This document shows positions 11,309 through 25,001 of a stretch of DNA of 64,000 nt, piece after piece. Below the pieces are notes generated by a model that was not told where the DNA came from, made no database searches, and saw only the letters and a list, made by a program, of their open reading frames with translations. The number at the start of each line of letters is the position of its first letter. Position 1 is the first letter of the stretch. This DNA is from Octopus sinensis (taxonomy: Eukaryota), in assembly GCF_006345805.1 (NCBI RefSeq), contig NC_043011.1:28346464-28410463 (forward strand), given 5' to 3'. Both the position numbers and the translations under genes were made by a program.

Positions 11309-12438
11309 GTAGTTGTAAAATCTCAAGAGAGTGTAGTAAGTATACTAACAAATAAAGTTAATCGCCACATCAAAGTGGCTGTTCCTCGTTACTTCTAGTT
11401 TAACCCCAGGCAGATCTTCTGTCAGATGATCATCGGCGCAGCACTGCACCCTGTACATATATATTGCCAGCAGAGGAGCGATTCACTACCATCATCCAGC
11501 AGACGACAGGACTGCTTGACTAACTCGACCTAGAGGATGGTAGGTGCTAGCTAGTTGTAGAATCTCAGTAAGAGATGAGAGTAGTATCTATACTAACAAG
11601 TAAAGATAATGGCCACATTAATATAGCTGTTCCACGTTACTACTAGTTTAACTCCAGGTCAATCTTCTACCAGCTGGTTATTGGTTCAGCACTGCACCCT
11701 GTACATATATATATTGCCAGCAGGGGAGCGAACCCCTACCATCCTCCAGCTGACGACAGGATAACGAGACCGATTGGCTTTCGAGCTAGTTTGCTCATCC
11801 TCAGGCGCGAACATCAGGTCGCCAGAAAGATAAAGTCTTTATTATGATCAAACTGATCGTACATAGACAAGGACATTACAAGACAAACAAATACAAAAAT
11901 GATAAATGAGATCGAATGAGCATTAAGTTTAAAATTTTATTAAAAATTATTTTATGTAACGATAAATTTTAACCTTTAACTAGAACTTTTAAAAAAAAAA
12001 ACGAAAACAGAGAAAGAAAATTAATAAAAGTTCAAAAAGATCGAACCCGGCAGCCTATAAGGCCCAGCAACTATCTTTTCCTTTCATCAATGATTAAGCT
12101 GGGTTAATGACACCCACCTTTCTCATCACATCCTTCCATCGTTTCTCGTATTCATTCGGTGGCAGGGTCCGAGTCTACTCTAGCTAGCAATATATTGTAA
12201 ATAAGGCGACCATCGGTTACTGATATGTAGTAAGCAAAATAGCTAGTTGTAAAATCTCAATACGAGATGTGAGTAGTAAATATACTAACAAGCAGTTAAT
12301 CGCCATATTAATCTGCCTGCTGGCAATATGTAAGTACAGAGTGCAGTGTTGCACCCATAGCCAGCTGGCGGAAGATCTGCCTGGGGTTAAACTAGTAGCA
12401 ATATGAAACAGCCACATTACTATGGCGATTAACTTTAA
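11309..12438. repeat. Three diverged ~200-bp units (two direct, third partly inverted), probably PLE terminal repeats
   Basis: TAGTTGTA(A/G)AATCTCA...ATACTAACAA...ATCGCCA starts at ~11309, ~11552 and ~12244. Positions ~12317-12438 are the reverse complement of the unit middle. A degenerate HHR lies at ~11765-11810 (-). Confidence 0.6.
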
Positions 12439-12685
12439 ACGAAATGAACAGAGCTTACTCCTCTTGAGGCTGTTTTTCGGTGTGGGTGCAGCGTTCATAA
12501 ACTCCAATTGTAGATTTGTGTGAATTGGAAGGAGTGGCTAATATCTTCCTTATATTTCTATTGCGTCTAAAGTCTACAATAAGCGACTGAGGGAATATTA
12601 GAAACAATTATATTTTTCTGAAATATGCTAGTAAAATTCATGCCAGGCTTTTGAAATGCCAGCGAAATTTCGGTGTCAGATATAA

Positions 12686-13076
12686 TCTCTCTCAATGTAT
12701 ATAATTGCTTGTTTGTTTGTCTGTTACCAATGCACTCAAAAACCATTTAACCAGTTATGTTCAAACTTGGCCATGGAAGGTCTTTAGACTCAGCTATATG
12801 TTGTCCTCAAATTTGGAGCTATATTCTTTTAAGGGACGGGAGATATTCATCATTCAAAGAAAATTTGACTCCACGGTTAGTTTTTGGGTGTGTCCACCCC
12901 TTTCTCTCTCGTTAATTAAGTTAGTATGAAACGATAAAAAACAACTACTACATTGTCAGCGCCGCAGCTAGAAATGGAAGTCAAATGGCATCCTATAAAC
13001 TCCCCCTCACTCTCTCACACCTCTCAGTCTCGGTCTCACACTCTCTATATACATAAATAAATATATATACATATAT

Positions 13077-13157
<81 letters not shown>

Positions 13158-14120
13158 AGAGAGAGAGAGAGAGAGGTGCTTAGTATTCATTTCCTGGTAG
13201 TAAATTTTTTAAAAACTTTTCTTACGTTTACTCCGTTTAGCTTTACTTTCACCTTCGAGAATTATATTATTATTTTATTTAGACACTTTCTTGATAACTT
13301 CTTCCTTTAACACCCTGATTCGCTTTGGTGCGACAGTTGGTACCGGTCCGTTGATGCGACAGTTGGTGTCGGTCCGTTGGTACACAGTTGGCGTTTGACC
13401 TTTGATGCAACAGTTTGTGCCGGACCGTCGATTCGACAATTACTGTGGAGCCGTTGATGCGGCAGTTGATGTCGGTTCGTTGATGCGACAGTTGGCGTCT
13501 GACCATTGATGCGACAGTCGGTGTCGTACTGTTGATGCGACAATTAGTGTGGAGCCGTTGATGCGACAATTGAGGTCGGACTGTTGATGTGACGTTTGGC
13601 GTCTTACCGTCGATGTGACATTTGGTGTCGGACCGTTGATGCGACAGTTGGTGTCGAACCTTTGAAGCGAGAGTTGTTGTTTTTTTTATTTTTTGAAAAT
13701 CACTGGAACCAGCAGATTTACTTCCTCATAAGCTTGACTTGAATATTGGGGCACCAAGAAATTTAGATCTTCAAAAATTCTGCAATGAGTAAGACTCATG
13801 CTACATGTTATAGAAGCTTCTGTACTCATTGTATGTGGAGCAGGTGATAATGTATTCATTACTAGTATTCCATTAATACCTACCGATTTAACTGTAAAAT
13901 TTAAAAGATTTACAGTTTCCAGTCAGGTTTTACAATGTCCATCAACAAATCGCAAGGACATACATTGTCAGTAGCTGGTTTGCGACTAAAGGGGCCGTGC
14001 TCCTACGAGGGACAATTGCATGTTGGATGCGCACGTGTTGGAAGTTCAAAAAATATTTTCATTTATACACCACTGGGAAAAACTCATCATGTTTATCATA
14101 ACTTGCTTTTATGTGTTCTC
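12686..14120 (+). mobile_element. Helitron relic with internal minisatellite and helicase C-terminus
   Basis: 13700-14105 translates to PHKLDLNIGAP..RNLD..FCNE..HVIEA..IPLIPTDL..MSINKSQGHTL..GQLHVGCARV (Pif1 motifs). Helitron-like 5' subterminus near 12690; 3' CTAG not found. Confidence 0.75.
13322..13680 (+). repeat. 26-bp minisatellite, ~14 copies, with 104-bp higher-order period
   Basis: Unit CCGTTGATGCGACAGTTGGTGTCGGA. Variant TTGGCGT at 13388/13492/13596 and CAATTA.TGTGGAG at 13437/13541. Confidence 0.9.
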
Positions 14121-14132
14121 TACTTCAAGTAT

Positions 14133-14521
14133 GTGGAGGCGCAATGGCCCAGTGGTTAGGGCAGCGGACTCGCGCTCATAGGATCGCGGTTTCGATTCCC
14201 AGACCGGGCGTTGTGAGTGTTTATTGAGCGAAAACACCTAAAAAGCTCCACGAGGCTCCGGCAGGGGATGGTGGTGATCCCTGCTGTACTCTTTCACCAC
14301 AACTTTCTCTCACTCTTACTTCCTGTTTCTGTTGTACCTGTATTTCAAAGGGCCGGCCTTGTCACTCTCTGTGTCACGCTGAATATCCCCGAGAACTACG
14401 TTAAGGGTACAGGTGTCTGTGGAGTGCTCAGCCACTTACACGTTAATTTCACGAGCAAGCTGTTCCGTTGATTCGGATCAACCGGAACCCTCGTCGTCGT
14501 AACCGACGGAGTGCTTCCACC
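14133..14521 (+). mobile_element. tRNA-derived SINE family B (tail 1) with 11-bp TSD
   Basis: A box TGGCCCAGTGG, B box GGTTTCGATTCC. TSD ACTTCAAGTAT at 14122-14132 and 14522-14532. Confidence 0.9.
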
Positions 14522-14765
14522 ACTTCAAGTATATTTGTTGTGTCAGTAATTTTAGAATCACTAATCACAATAATTATCTAGGAAAAATCTCATTTGTAAA
14601 ATCAATAGAAATGACTTTTCTGATATTTTTTCCGCTTAAGTAATTAGATTTTTATAAATCATTACGCGTTTAAAACTGACTTTGAAATTTAAAATACACA
14701 CACACACACACACACATATATATACATACATACATACATACATACATACATACATACATACATAC

Positions 14766-14844
<79 letters not shown>

Positions 14845-15347
14845 TAATTCAGTCATTATGTTAAGGATATGATGTGAACATTATGCCAAAAGTGTGTTGT
14901 AATACAGCTAAGATAAATTCAAGGTTAATTACGAAAATAAATTAAAATATCATACTCTATATACGCCTAGAATACAGTAAATATCGAAATAAAACAGAAA
15001 ATTTTTTGCTATTTGAATGAGCCTGCAGACGTCTTAGGTATATCGTTTGTATATTTTTACCTATATATCATGCCGTTTCCAGTATGTTTAGAAATTCATA
15101 CATACATACGTACGTACAGACATCCGGACATACATGCATGCAGCATACACAAAAACACACACATGTATGTAGGCATGCATGTATTTGGGCGTACGTACCT
15201 ATCTATGCATATACACACACATACACACGCGCAGACACACATACACACACATACACATGCTTGTATTTATAAATATATACGGGTGTGAATGCAAACACAC
15301 AAACACATATACACGGTCACATAAAGAATTGCGTGTGAAATAAATAC

Positions 15348-15415
<68 letters not shown>

Positions 15416-15457
15416 GCATATATATTATATATATATATATGTATGTACATGAATATA

Positions 15458-15491
<34 letters not shown>

Positions 15492-16132
15492 CGTACATAC
15501 ACACATAAACGCTCACAGCTCAAAGAGCAAGTATATACAAATACAAAACAGGGTGAAATCGAACAGATAGATAGATTGATTACCTGATAGCGAGTTACAT
15601 ACATACACACGCACAAATGCGTATATATACATACATACATACGAGCACACATACAAACATACTGACAGGTAGACAGACGGGATAAGCAGGAAACTAGAAG
15701 AATTGGTAGACAGGAAGAAACCAGAATATAGAACTAACCATCGAAATTAGTGAAGCTGAAAATAGGTCCTAAATAGCTATGTGATAGGATTGCCAAAGTT
15801 TGAATCAATAGTATTCTTTACAGAATACCAAATAGGAGATGAGAATCAGAAGTATCAAGTATCAAGAATAAAAAATAAGGATAAAGAAAGACTTTATTAT
15901 TTTAAAATATCGAATGGGTTGCAACGAACAACTACACACTTATGCGCAAAGGTACACGCACTCAAGGTGATATGTATGTATGTATGTATGTATAAATATA
16001 TATATATGAATAAATATATGCATATATATATATGAATATATATATATGTGTATATATACATGTATATATATATATACGTATGTATAAATGGATACGTATG
16101 TACATATATATCGACACACATGCATACATACA

Positions 16133-16210
<78 letters not shown>

Positions 16211-16303
16211 GCACACTGTGTGTGTTTGGTGAGTAATCGTATGTATGTGTACATATATTCATATATATGCATCTATATATATATGTATATATATATATAT
16301 ATG

Positions 16304-16345
<42 letters not shown>

Positions 16346-16507
16346 GCACACTGTGTGTGTTTGGTGAGTAATCGTATGTATGTGTACATATATTCATATA
16401 TATGCATCTCTATATATATATACATATATATATATACATATATATATACATATATATATATATATATTATATATTATATATATATATATACATAATATAT
16501 ATATATA

Positions 16508-16546
<39 letters not shown>

Positions 16547-16627
16547 ATATATATATATATTATACATATATATATGTATACATATATATATATACATATA
16601 TATATATAATATATATATATATTATAT

Positions 16628-16667
<40 letters not shown>

Positions 16668-17056
16668 CGCATACAGACACAAACAGGGGTACACGCTACT
16701 CTATCCACAAATATTATTATTTATATTTTTATAAAGCTTTTCGCACGAATTGTGACAATTATTTTCATGGTTATTGCTATCTATTTTTGACCTTTAGAAA
16801 TGAAGTTATCTTCAAGTGAATAGTTAACATTATATTAGTATTGCCGATGACCGGAATTTAGTAGAATCCGTAGACTTTCCGATTCTTCACCCATAGAATA
16901 TAGAATATTTTTATTCTTTCTTTAGAATATTGAGATCGACGTCTTGCGTAAGTAATGGGCATAAAGCGCAGTCACATACACTCCTACACAATTGGAACCA
17001 TAGATCTAGAAATATATACATCAGATTATAAAAAAAAAAAGTAAAAGTGAACGGAT

Positions 17057-17222
17057 AGGCGCAGGTGTTGCTATGTAGTAAGAAGTTTGCTTCCCAACTA
17101 TATAGCGCCGGGTTCAGTTCCACTGCGTGGCATCTTGACAGTTCTTTTACTATAGCCTTAGGCAGATCAACGCCTTGAGAGTGGATTTGGTAGACGAAAA
17201 CAGAAAGAATCCCGTCGTGTAC
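17057..17222 (+). mobile_element. SINE family A, 5' part
   Basis: GGCGCAGGTG..GTAAGAAGTTTGCTTCCCAAC..GGGTTCAGTTCCACTGCGTGGCA..GAGTGGATTTGGTAGACG. Confidence 0.75.
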
Positions 17223-17230
17223 GTACATAT

Positions 17231-17263
<33 letters not shown>

Positions 17264-17309
17264 GTACGTACATGTATATGTATATGTGTACATCTATATG
17301 TGTGCGCGC

Positions 17310-17341
<32 letters not shown>

Positions 17342-17699
17342 GTGCGCGCTTGTGTTTATCCTGTACCACCGCTTAAATTGCCGGTGTTTCTTTACATTCT
17401 AGTAACGGAGCGGTTCGATAAAATCGGTAAAGAGGTGAAAAGATGTATGATATTCAATGATATTCAAAACATATTGATTCGGAGTCCGTGCTACTTCAGG
17501 TTCCTCAAGCCCCTAACAGAGCCTTTCTTTTATGCAGAAGATTCGATCGGAAATGCGTGAAAAGCACAGAGTTAGAGAAGAAAAGCGAAAGAATATTTGG
17601 GAAGAAATAATATATGGGAGTGAATAAATGTCTAAACTTCTGAAGGAAAAAAAATAAGAATATGAAAAAAGAAAGTGGAGGGCGACGAGTAAGGTTAAA

Positions 17700-18780
17700 C
17701 TTATCCGGAGTAATTAGCTATGGGTCTGTAGTTTTCAGCCAATTCAGTGGTTTCATTCTTGACTACAAGATTTTTCTTTGTTATAACAAACCAATGTCAG
17801 TAAGGCAATTTGGCTTTCCATAGTGCTTATGATTTATGCATATTTTAGATTTCTTATGAAATGTCAGTCTCTTATACCAGTATGCAACTATTATGTCCCT
17901 TAAAGGTGCCTTCTCCGTACAGCTATAGTGGAAATTTCCGGGTCAATTACATTTGTTTTACTGTTGATGTTCTGCTACGATGCATTAAGGTTGAGATCCC
18001 TCTGTTCGCTCCGGATTTTCTGCCAGAATGATTCAAGATTTATGATGGGACTGTCTTGACGGTAATATTTTTCTTCCACATCTCTCAGTATAATGTCTGT
18101 AGGTTAGAAGCATACTTGTGATTTATACAGGCTCACCCAGTAATTCACCTGCGGTAGCGAAGATTTTCGCTCAACACCCTCATTTGAGTTGTAGAGTAAT
18201 TAACCTCCTTCAAGAGCTTGGTGTGAAGAGCCACCATAGAGTTTTGTTAATTTATTCATAAGACGTAACTGATGAGGTGTAAACTCATTATTCCTCTTAC
18301 ATTTTCTTATCTTCGTTAATCATCGATTATGGCTGCGCAGATCGCTAACGTTGTCTTCAATTTCTGTTTTCCATCTAGAATACTTTTGTTTAGTAATTCA
18401 TTACTGTGTATGCTGCAGATATCTCCTACGTATTCTTTGAGAGTGATTGCAGCTGTGTATATGAGGATATTAATATTCAAGTAATTAACATCACATGATT
18501 CCATGTGTTATCCAAAAACATCGTCAATAACTTTCAACATTAGAGCCGTTTGACATTTCTTAATCTTGTCAAGAAAGACAAATTGCTTCATGATAGTTTC
18601 AAAAACAGTAGACATTTTCAAAATCAGTAGACATTCTTTCTGAGAATTGAGTTTTCAAGATGTTTCTAAGTTGAACGTTTCACAGTTGTTTCTGTTTACT
18701 AAGTTACATTTAGAGAAACTCGAGAGCTTTGTGACGCCGGCGGTGGTTAGCTTACATCTGAGAGGTTTTGACCAATTCTC
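17700..18780 (-). mobile_element. Non-LTR retrotransposon relic (R4/Dong-like, RT N-terminal region)
   Basis: Minus translation fragments LESFWQKI..DIIVAYWYKRLTF..HWFVITKKNLVVKNETTELAENYRPIA; heavily mutated. Confidence 0.55.
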
Positions 18781-18871
18781 AGTATTTTGAGAAAATTTAT
18801 TTACAAGAGTGAGCCATTTTTCTTAAAGTAGTTTGTTGTTGCAGAAGTTTTCCTTAGAGAACCAGATATTT

Positions 18872-19352
18872 TAGATACGAACCGTCGGACTCTTACACGA
18901 ATTATGAAAAAGGATCACAAAAGTACAGTTCCCCAAATTACTGCAGAGCTTAATAACCCCACCGAGAACCCAGTTTCAACAAGAACTCTTCTTCGGGAAC
19001 TGCACAAAGCCGGATTTCACGGGAGGGCTGCAATCAGAAAACCACTGCTTTCAAAAATAAACGTTGCAAAGCGTTAAGAGTGAAGTAAAATCCTACAAAA
19101 TTGGTCCTTAGAACGTTATTTTCTCGGTCGAGTCACCCTTTACCTTATTTCCGACCACCGGTCGAGTATACGTGTGGAGACAGCCAAAAGAAGTATTTGA
19201 TCCCGACTGCCTTATTCCAACTGTTAAACATGGAGTAGTATCTGTGATGATCTGAGGAGCTATATCTTGGAAATCCGCTGGCCCAACGGTTTCCCGTCAT
19301 GGCAGAATTAATAGTCAATACTATTTAAGCATTTTATCTGATCAAATTCATC

Positions 19353-19354
<2 letters not shown>
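18872..19354 (+). mobile_element. Tc1 transposase internal relic (second family)
   Basis: RRTLTRIMKKDHKST..QITAELN..VSTRTLLRELHKAGFHGRAAIRKPLLS..GRVYVWRQPKE..PTVKHG..SVMI*GAISW. Confidence 0.85.
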
Positions 19355-19398
<44 letters not shown>

Positions 19399-19402
<4 letters not shown>

Positions 19403-19574
19403 AGAATTCACACAAAAAAAACAAAAGACGAAGACAGGTCGTGTAGACAACAAACAGATATATTAGTATAACGCTCGGGAAGTGAAAAAGTCTTTAACGT
19501 TTCGAGCCAACGCTCTTCCACAGAAATGAACACAGAAAGAGAAAATAAAGAATGTGCAGTGGCTAGCGGTCTAA

Positions 19575-19575
<1 letters not shown>
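19399..19575 (-). mobile_element. PLE terminal fragment with variant hammerhead-like motif
   Basis: Reverse complement: CTGTGGA a gagc gttg gctc GAAAC gtt...agcGTT, then a T/G-rich tail into (TA)n. Confidence 0.55.
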
Positions 19576-19650
<75 letters not shown>

Positions 19651-19696
19651 TATTAGAGACAAAACCACTATTTTGCAAAACAAACAAGGAAAGACT

Positions 19697-19769
<73 letters not shown>

Positions 19770-21150
19770 GTGCGTGTGTGTATGTATGTATGTATGTATG
19801 TATGTATGTATGTGTATATACACGTACGTACATAAGCACAAATACACCAAAGCATACGAACAAGCGCGCAGAAAAGAAACGACCGCCTTCTTCCTCCGTA
19901 ATAAGTACGTACAAACAATAATGCACATACGATGTATTTAATACACGCTAATGAGCATATATTTAACCGCACGGTGTCAAATTAAACCACCCATTTCATG
20001 CCTAAGTTCCAGGTCTTCGGTAGCGTGAAGTAAAAATCAATGCTATTTAGTCTCATATTTCATTTAAGGATTTGACTCAGGTGTTCAAGCAGCGGTACTC
20101 ACTTCGTTGGTTCTAACGTCTTCTAAACCTACTGTACTATGATTCACATTTTTTCCAAGAAAAAATAACTGCTAGTCATTTCTCAAATTAAGGCTCACAT
20201 TTCATGGCTGAAAAGAGGTAATTCAAGCACAGACCTGTGTCTTTGCTTGATCAACCTGGGTTGGTCCACCTGGAGGAAGATGTGCATAAAAAAAACTGAA
20301 ATGATACATATTCATAAATATGTGAAAGAGAAAAAATATAACCGCTGACAAATGTGACTAATATTGGACACACAATAAGACGTGGCGGTTTTGGTTTGTC
20401 GAAGTTCCGATCGAGAAAAGCAAACTATATTTTCATTGATTTTTCGGATTACTGAAAGGAAAATTTACTCTTCTTTGATGACAGGAAGTGAATTTTAATT
20501 CAGAATGCGCATTCTGAGACTGTTATCTCAACTTATCTCATCTGATTCATTTATAATCCCACCAGTCTGCTTCGGACAAGTACAGTTTTATTGATCTCGG
20601 AAGGATGAAAAACATAGTTGATCTCGGTGAGGTTTGAACTCACAACGGAGAGATTCGAACTAAATACTACGCAGCATTCTGTTCAAATGCCGCAACAACT
20701 TGGTCAATTCGCCGCCTACTACAAAATATTTGAAGTACTGTACAATAAATTTGTTAAATCTTCCATTAGCTCGCCATGCTCTGCTCAGATTCTACCCTAA
20801 GGTATTGCCGTAATTTATCGTCTAGCTACCACACCAGCCACTTGGATTGCAAATAACCGAGGCCAATGATGTTAGCAATCAGAATTACAGCTCATTTGAT
20901 ACCTCCCGCCCATAATCATGCTTCCAAACTCGAGCAATCTCAAAAGATTGCCTTCAACTTTATAGCACGAGATTTCTAAGTTAAAATATCAAATATTTTT
21001 CTTTTCAAAAATCATTCAGTGCATTTTACGAGGAATGGTGGGGATGTTACTTTTCATGCTTATTTTATATTTCTTTTTATAATTCTTATTTATATTCATT
21101 CGCAAATCTTTTTTTTTCTCTGTCTCTCTCTTTTTTCATTGCTTCTTCAG

Positions 21151-21234
21151 CAGTTCAAGTGCAGCTGTAGAAAGTGATGCAGTGAGAATAGTAATTGATA
21201 AATATCGATCTGAATATCGTATTGCAGTTAAAAG
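21151..21234 (+). CDS. Candidate internal coding exon of an unidentified host gene
   Basis: Long polypyrimidine tract with CAG|CAG acceptor and AAG|GTATTT donor. 84 nt, phase 2/2, open frame SSSAAVESDAVRIVIDKYRSEYRIAVK(R/S). Confidence 0.5.
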
Positions 21235-21965
21235 GTATTTTCATATCTTGTTAAGAAAATATGTCATTACAATCCTTAGTTTCCGCTTAACGAACACCCA
21301 ACACTCTCTGCGGATATTTTTTAACAAGGTTAAACTTCTTAGTTAACAGATGTCAGATGGAAATAACCACGCACACTCACACACTCATACACACACACAT
21401 ACACTCACACACAAACACATACAAACACACACAAACCCCTGCCACACACAAGCTCTTGTTCACACTGATAAATTGAACGAACCAGGGAAGACTTACATGA
21501 GTGATCTGCTAGAAAGAGCAACCAAATCTACCTACAATAACATACAATGCATAAAAATTCATAAAAGCATCTTGTTCCACCGTTCACTGCACGCAAGGAA
21601 AAGACGGTAAGGTAATGAACGGATACCGTCTAGTCATACGTCTTTCAGGAACTCCCACAGGAATATAAGTACTAAAACGTTCAAACACTATCATCTCTGC
21701 ATACACACCAACACATATGTATCCCAGGAAAAGATATATATATCCACCCCACCAGCCGCCGATTCAGAGTATGCTCATACATGCATATTTGGATATATGT
21801 ATTCATAGATACATAGATACATTCATATATACAAACATACATACATGCATACGTAAATACATACATACCATACCTACATATATATACAGTTGTTCAACCT
21901 AGAGCATTTTAACAAATGAGCATTATATATATATATATATGTGTGTGTGTAGAGAGAGAGAGAGT

Positions 21966-21999
<34 letters not shown>

Positions 22000-22110
22000 T
22001 ACTTAGATATATGTGTATATATATATATATATGCGTGTGTGTGTATATATATGTATATATATATATACATATAAATATATATATATGCTCATATATATGT
22101 ATATATATAC

Positions 22111-22218
<108 letters not shown>

Positions 22219-22279
22219 TTGTTAAAGCTGACAACAAACGTTAACGCAAGGCAAACATCTAAAAATTCAGTCTTACAGC

Positions 22280-22793
22280 TGTTTCTTGTGTCCCAGTTGA
22301 GATTTCGACTGAAATCTAAGACTCTGAAAGCAGTGTTATGCTCAGGTGGGGCTGAAGCCTTCCTCTTGGTGTTCTAGAATCTTAGACTCTGATTGTGGAG
22401 CAGCCCAAGGTGGTGACTACCTGGGTGTCATACTTTAAGGAGTTCTATAAGGGGGACCCGCCTATTACAGATCTGAATACCACGATGCCTTCATCACTGG
22501 TGACCTACCGTCCAGTCAGCTGTGATCTGCTGTTCGAAGACAAGGTTCGTACGGCGGTAAATCAGCTGAAAGATGGGAAGTCAGTCTGTTTGTGGAATCC
22601 ATGGGAAATAATAAAAATCAGTTTGCCTGCTGCAAAAGAGAAGAGGCCTCATACTGCGTCACTGGATATGGAGCAAAATTATCCCACTCAGAAAAGGCAA
22701 AGTTGAACGCCGCAGCTGCAACAATTATAGGTCTACCAAGTTTAACACCAAAGAGGTCAACTACTAACAGGATCCTGGCTCTTCGTGTACTTA
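22280..22793 (+). mobile_element. RTE-clade LINE relic
   Basis: WVSYFKEFYKGDPP..KVRTAVNQLKDGKS and TPKRSTTNRILALRVL resemble the RTE tether and RT region; degenerate. Confidence 0.65.
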
Positions 22794-22949
22794 TATTATT
22801 ATTATTATTATTATATTATTATATTATATTATATTACCTTATATTATATTGAATCATATTCTTCTTTTTCTTCTTTCTTCTCTTCTTCTTCTTCTTCTTA
22901 TTATTATATTATTATTATATTATTATTATATTATTATTATTATTATTAT

Positions 22950-23579
22950 CATTCAGTAGTTTTATTTTTATAGCGTGCTTTCACTTCACTACCGAGCGCA
23001 GCTCTGTGTGTCTTGGGTATGTGCTGTGATTTGTTGTGATGCTCTGATGGTTATTGTATGGAAAGTGTTCTGCGTAGGATGTGTGCAGTGCCTAGTAGTG
23101 CAATTTCTGTATGTTATATGTGTTTGTAAGTCCTGGTGTTTTTGTTATGTATTTGTCTGAATATTTTTTTATCATGCCTAATGCACCTACTATGATAGGA
23201 ATTGTTTCTGTTTTCAGGTTCCACATTCTAGTTACCTCTATTTCCAGGTCTTGTATTTTGAGAGTTTCTCCATTTCTTTTAGAGACACGTTGTCATCTGC
23301 CGGTATTGATACATCAATTAGAAAGCATTTTTTTCTTCATGATCTCTGACAACTATATCTGGTCTGTTGGCCTTAATTTCTCTATCTGTGTGTATCGGCA
23401 TATCCCAGAGTATGGTTGCTTTCTCGTTTTCTGTGACCTTTTCTGGTGTGTGCCTATACCATCTTTTTTCTGTTGTTATTCCATAATGTATGTAGGTTAT
23501 TCCAATGTATGTAGGTTCCAACTCTGTCATGTCTGTGAATATATTCCTTCTTAGCCAGGACTGGGCAGCTAGAGATATA

Positions 23580-23581
<2 letters not shown>
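22950..23581 (-). mobile_element. R4/Dong-type LINE 3' fragment (restriction-like endonuclease) in (TAA)n
   Basis: ATILWDMPIHTDREIKANRPDIVVRD..FLIDVSIP..EKLSKYK..LEIEVTRMW..PIIVGALG..ALLGTAHILRRTL*. Both ends abut (TAA)n. Confidence 0.88.
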
Positions 23582-23646
<65 letters not shown>

Positions 23647-23665
23647 TTTATTTTTATCATATATA

Positions 23666-23719
<54 letters not shown>

Positions 23720-24434
23720 TATACAGAGAGAGGGAGAGAGAGAGAGAGTTTCCCAGTTTATCTGATAAGGTGGCTGCTCGGAAGAGAATCGCCAAAGGAA
23801 GGGATCATTAAACACGCCAAAATAAACTAATGCAGTATACGATTGTACTGAGTACTTCTCTGGACCCATGTTTAATAAACGATATGAATATGTGTGAGTA
23901 ATTTCAGAAATTCAAAGACAGTAAAAACTATTAAAGATATATTTTTAAAAACTATTAAGTTGCTGTGACCTAGTTCGGATAATATGATAAAAATGTTATA
24001 ACTTTCAACCACTATGCCCACTATTTAAGCAGTGAAACTATATATGGTATATTGTCAGTATTTATTTTCTGTTTAATTTGAGATTGAAAACATATTTTGT
24101 AACGGCCTTCTGCATTGTATTTGTTTTATTCCCTTAATTAAAACATCCTTAATCTCCAATTTGCACAAATATCTAAATATTCATAACACGGAGTATTCGG
24201 AGCAAATTGTTTTTCTTTGATTTGTTGTTTATGCATCCACCCCAACTCTTCGTATTAAATCTGATATTTTGGCCGATATAGTTATATTTGCGCTGCATAC
24301 GTTATGCGGTGAATTTTCATTCTTTTTATTTGCATTTCATATTTGATTAATATTGAGCACCTTTCCATTTTTGGTTTTCATATATTCACCTAGTTCAATA
24401 ACATCATACATCTTAACAATTCTTTACATTTCCT

Positions 24435-25001
24435 ATATATTTTTTTATGCGCCCTTTTCAAGCCTAGCCAGGCTTATGGGCCCGGTCTCCCGGTTTCTAT
24501 GGCGTATGTGTTCCCCCCAGCTGGACGGGACGCTAATCTATCGCAGCGTTACTCAAGAAGCAGGAAGAAAGAGTGGGAGAAAGTTGAGGCGAAAGAGTAC
24601 AACAGGGGTCGCCACCACCACCTGCCAGAGATTCGTGGAGGTGTTTTCGCTCATTAAACATGCACAACGCCCGGTCTGGAAATCGAAACTGCGATCCTCC
24701 GACCGCGAGTCCGCTTTCCTAACCACTGGGCCATTGCGCCTCCACAAAATAAATGCGCCCTTTTAAAGTCTAGCCAGACTCATGGGTCCGGTTTCCCGGT
24801 TTCTATGGCGTATGTGTTCCCCAGCTGGACGGGACGCCTGTCCATCGCAGCGTTACTCATTTTTGCCAGCTGAGTGGACTGGAGCAACGTGAAATGAAGT
24901 GTTTTGCTCAAGTACTCAACGCGTCGCCCGGTCCAGGAATCAAAACCACAATCTTACGATCATGATGCTGACACCCTAACCACTAAGCCACGCGTCTCCA
25001 C
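24435..25001 (-). mobile_element. Dimeric SINE: two different tRNA heads sharing one tail type, single TSD
   Basis: Monomers ~24750-25001 and ~24441-24745 both end ..CGTCCAGCTGGGG..CATAGAAACCGGG..AAAAGGGCGCAT. TSD TTTACATTTCCT at 24423-24434 and 25002-25013. Confidence 0.85.

Noticed and set aside
13322-13680. CRISPR-like array of 26-bp hairpin repeats
   Set aside because: Repeats are contiguous with no unique spacers, the context is eukaryotic, and there are no cas genes.
14133-14205. tRNA gene (also at 24745, 25001, 49188 and family A heads)
   Set aside because: A/B boxes run into SINE bodies; no proper acceptor stem or terminator.
16205-16410. ~65-bp duplicate within (TA)n
   Set aside because: Slippage or assembly-level duplication in a microsatellite; no further signal.
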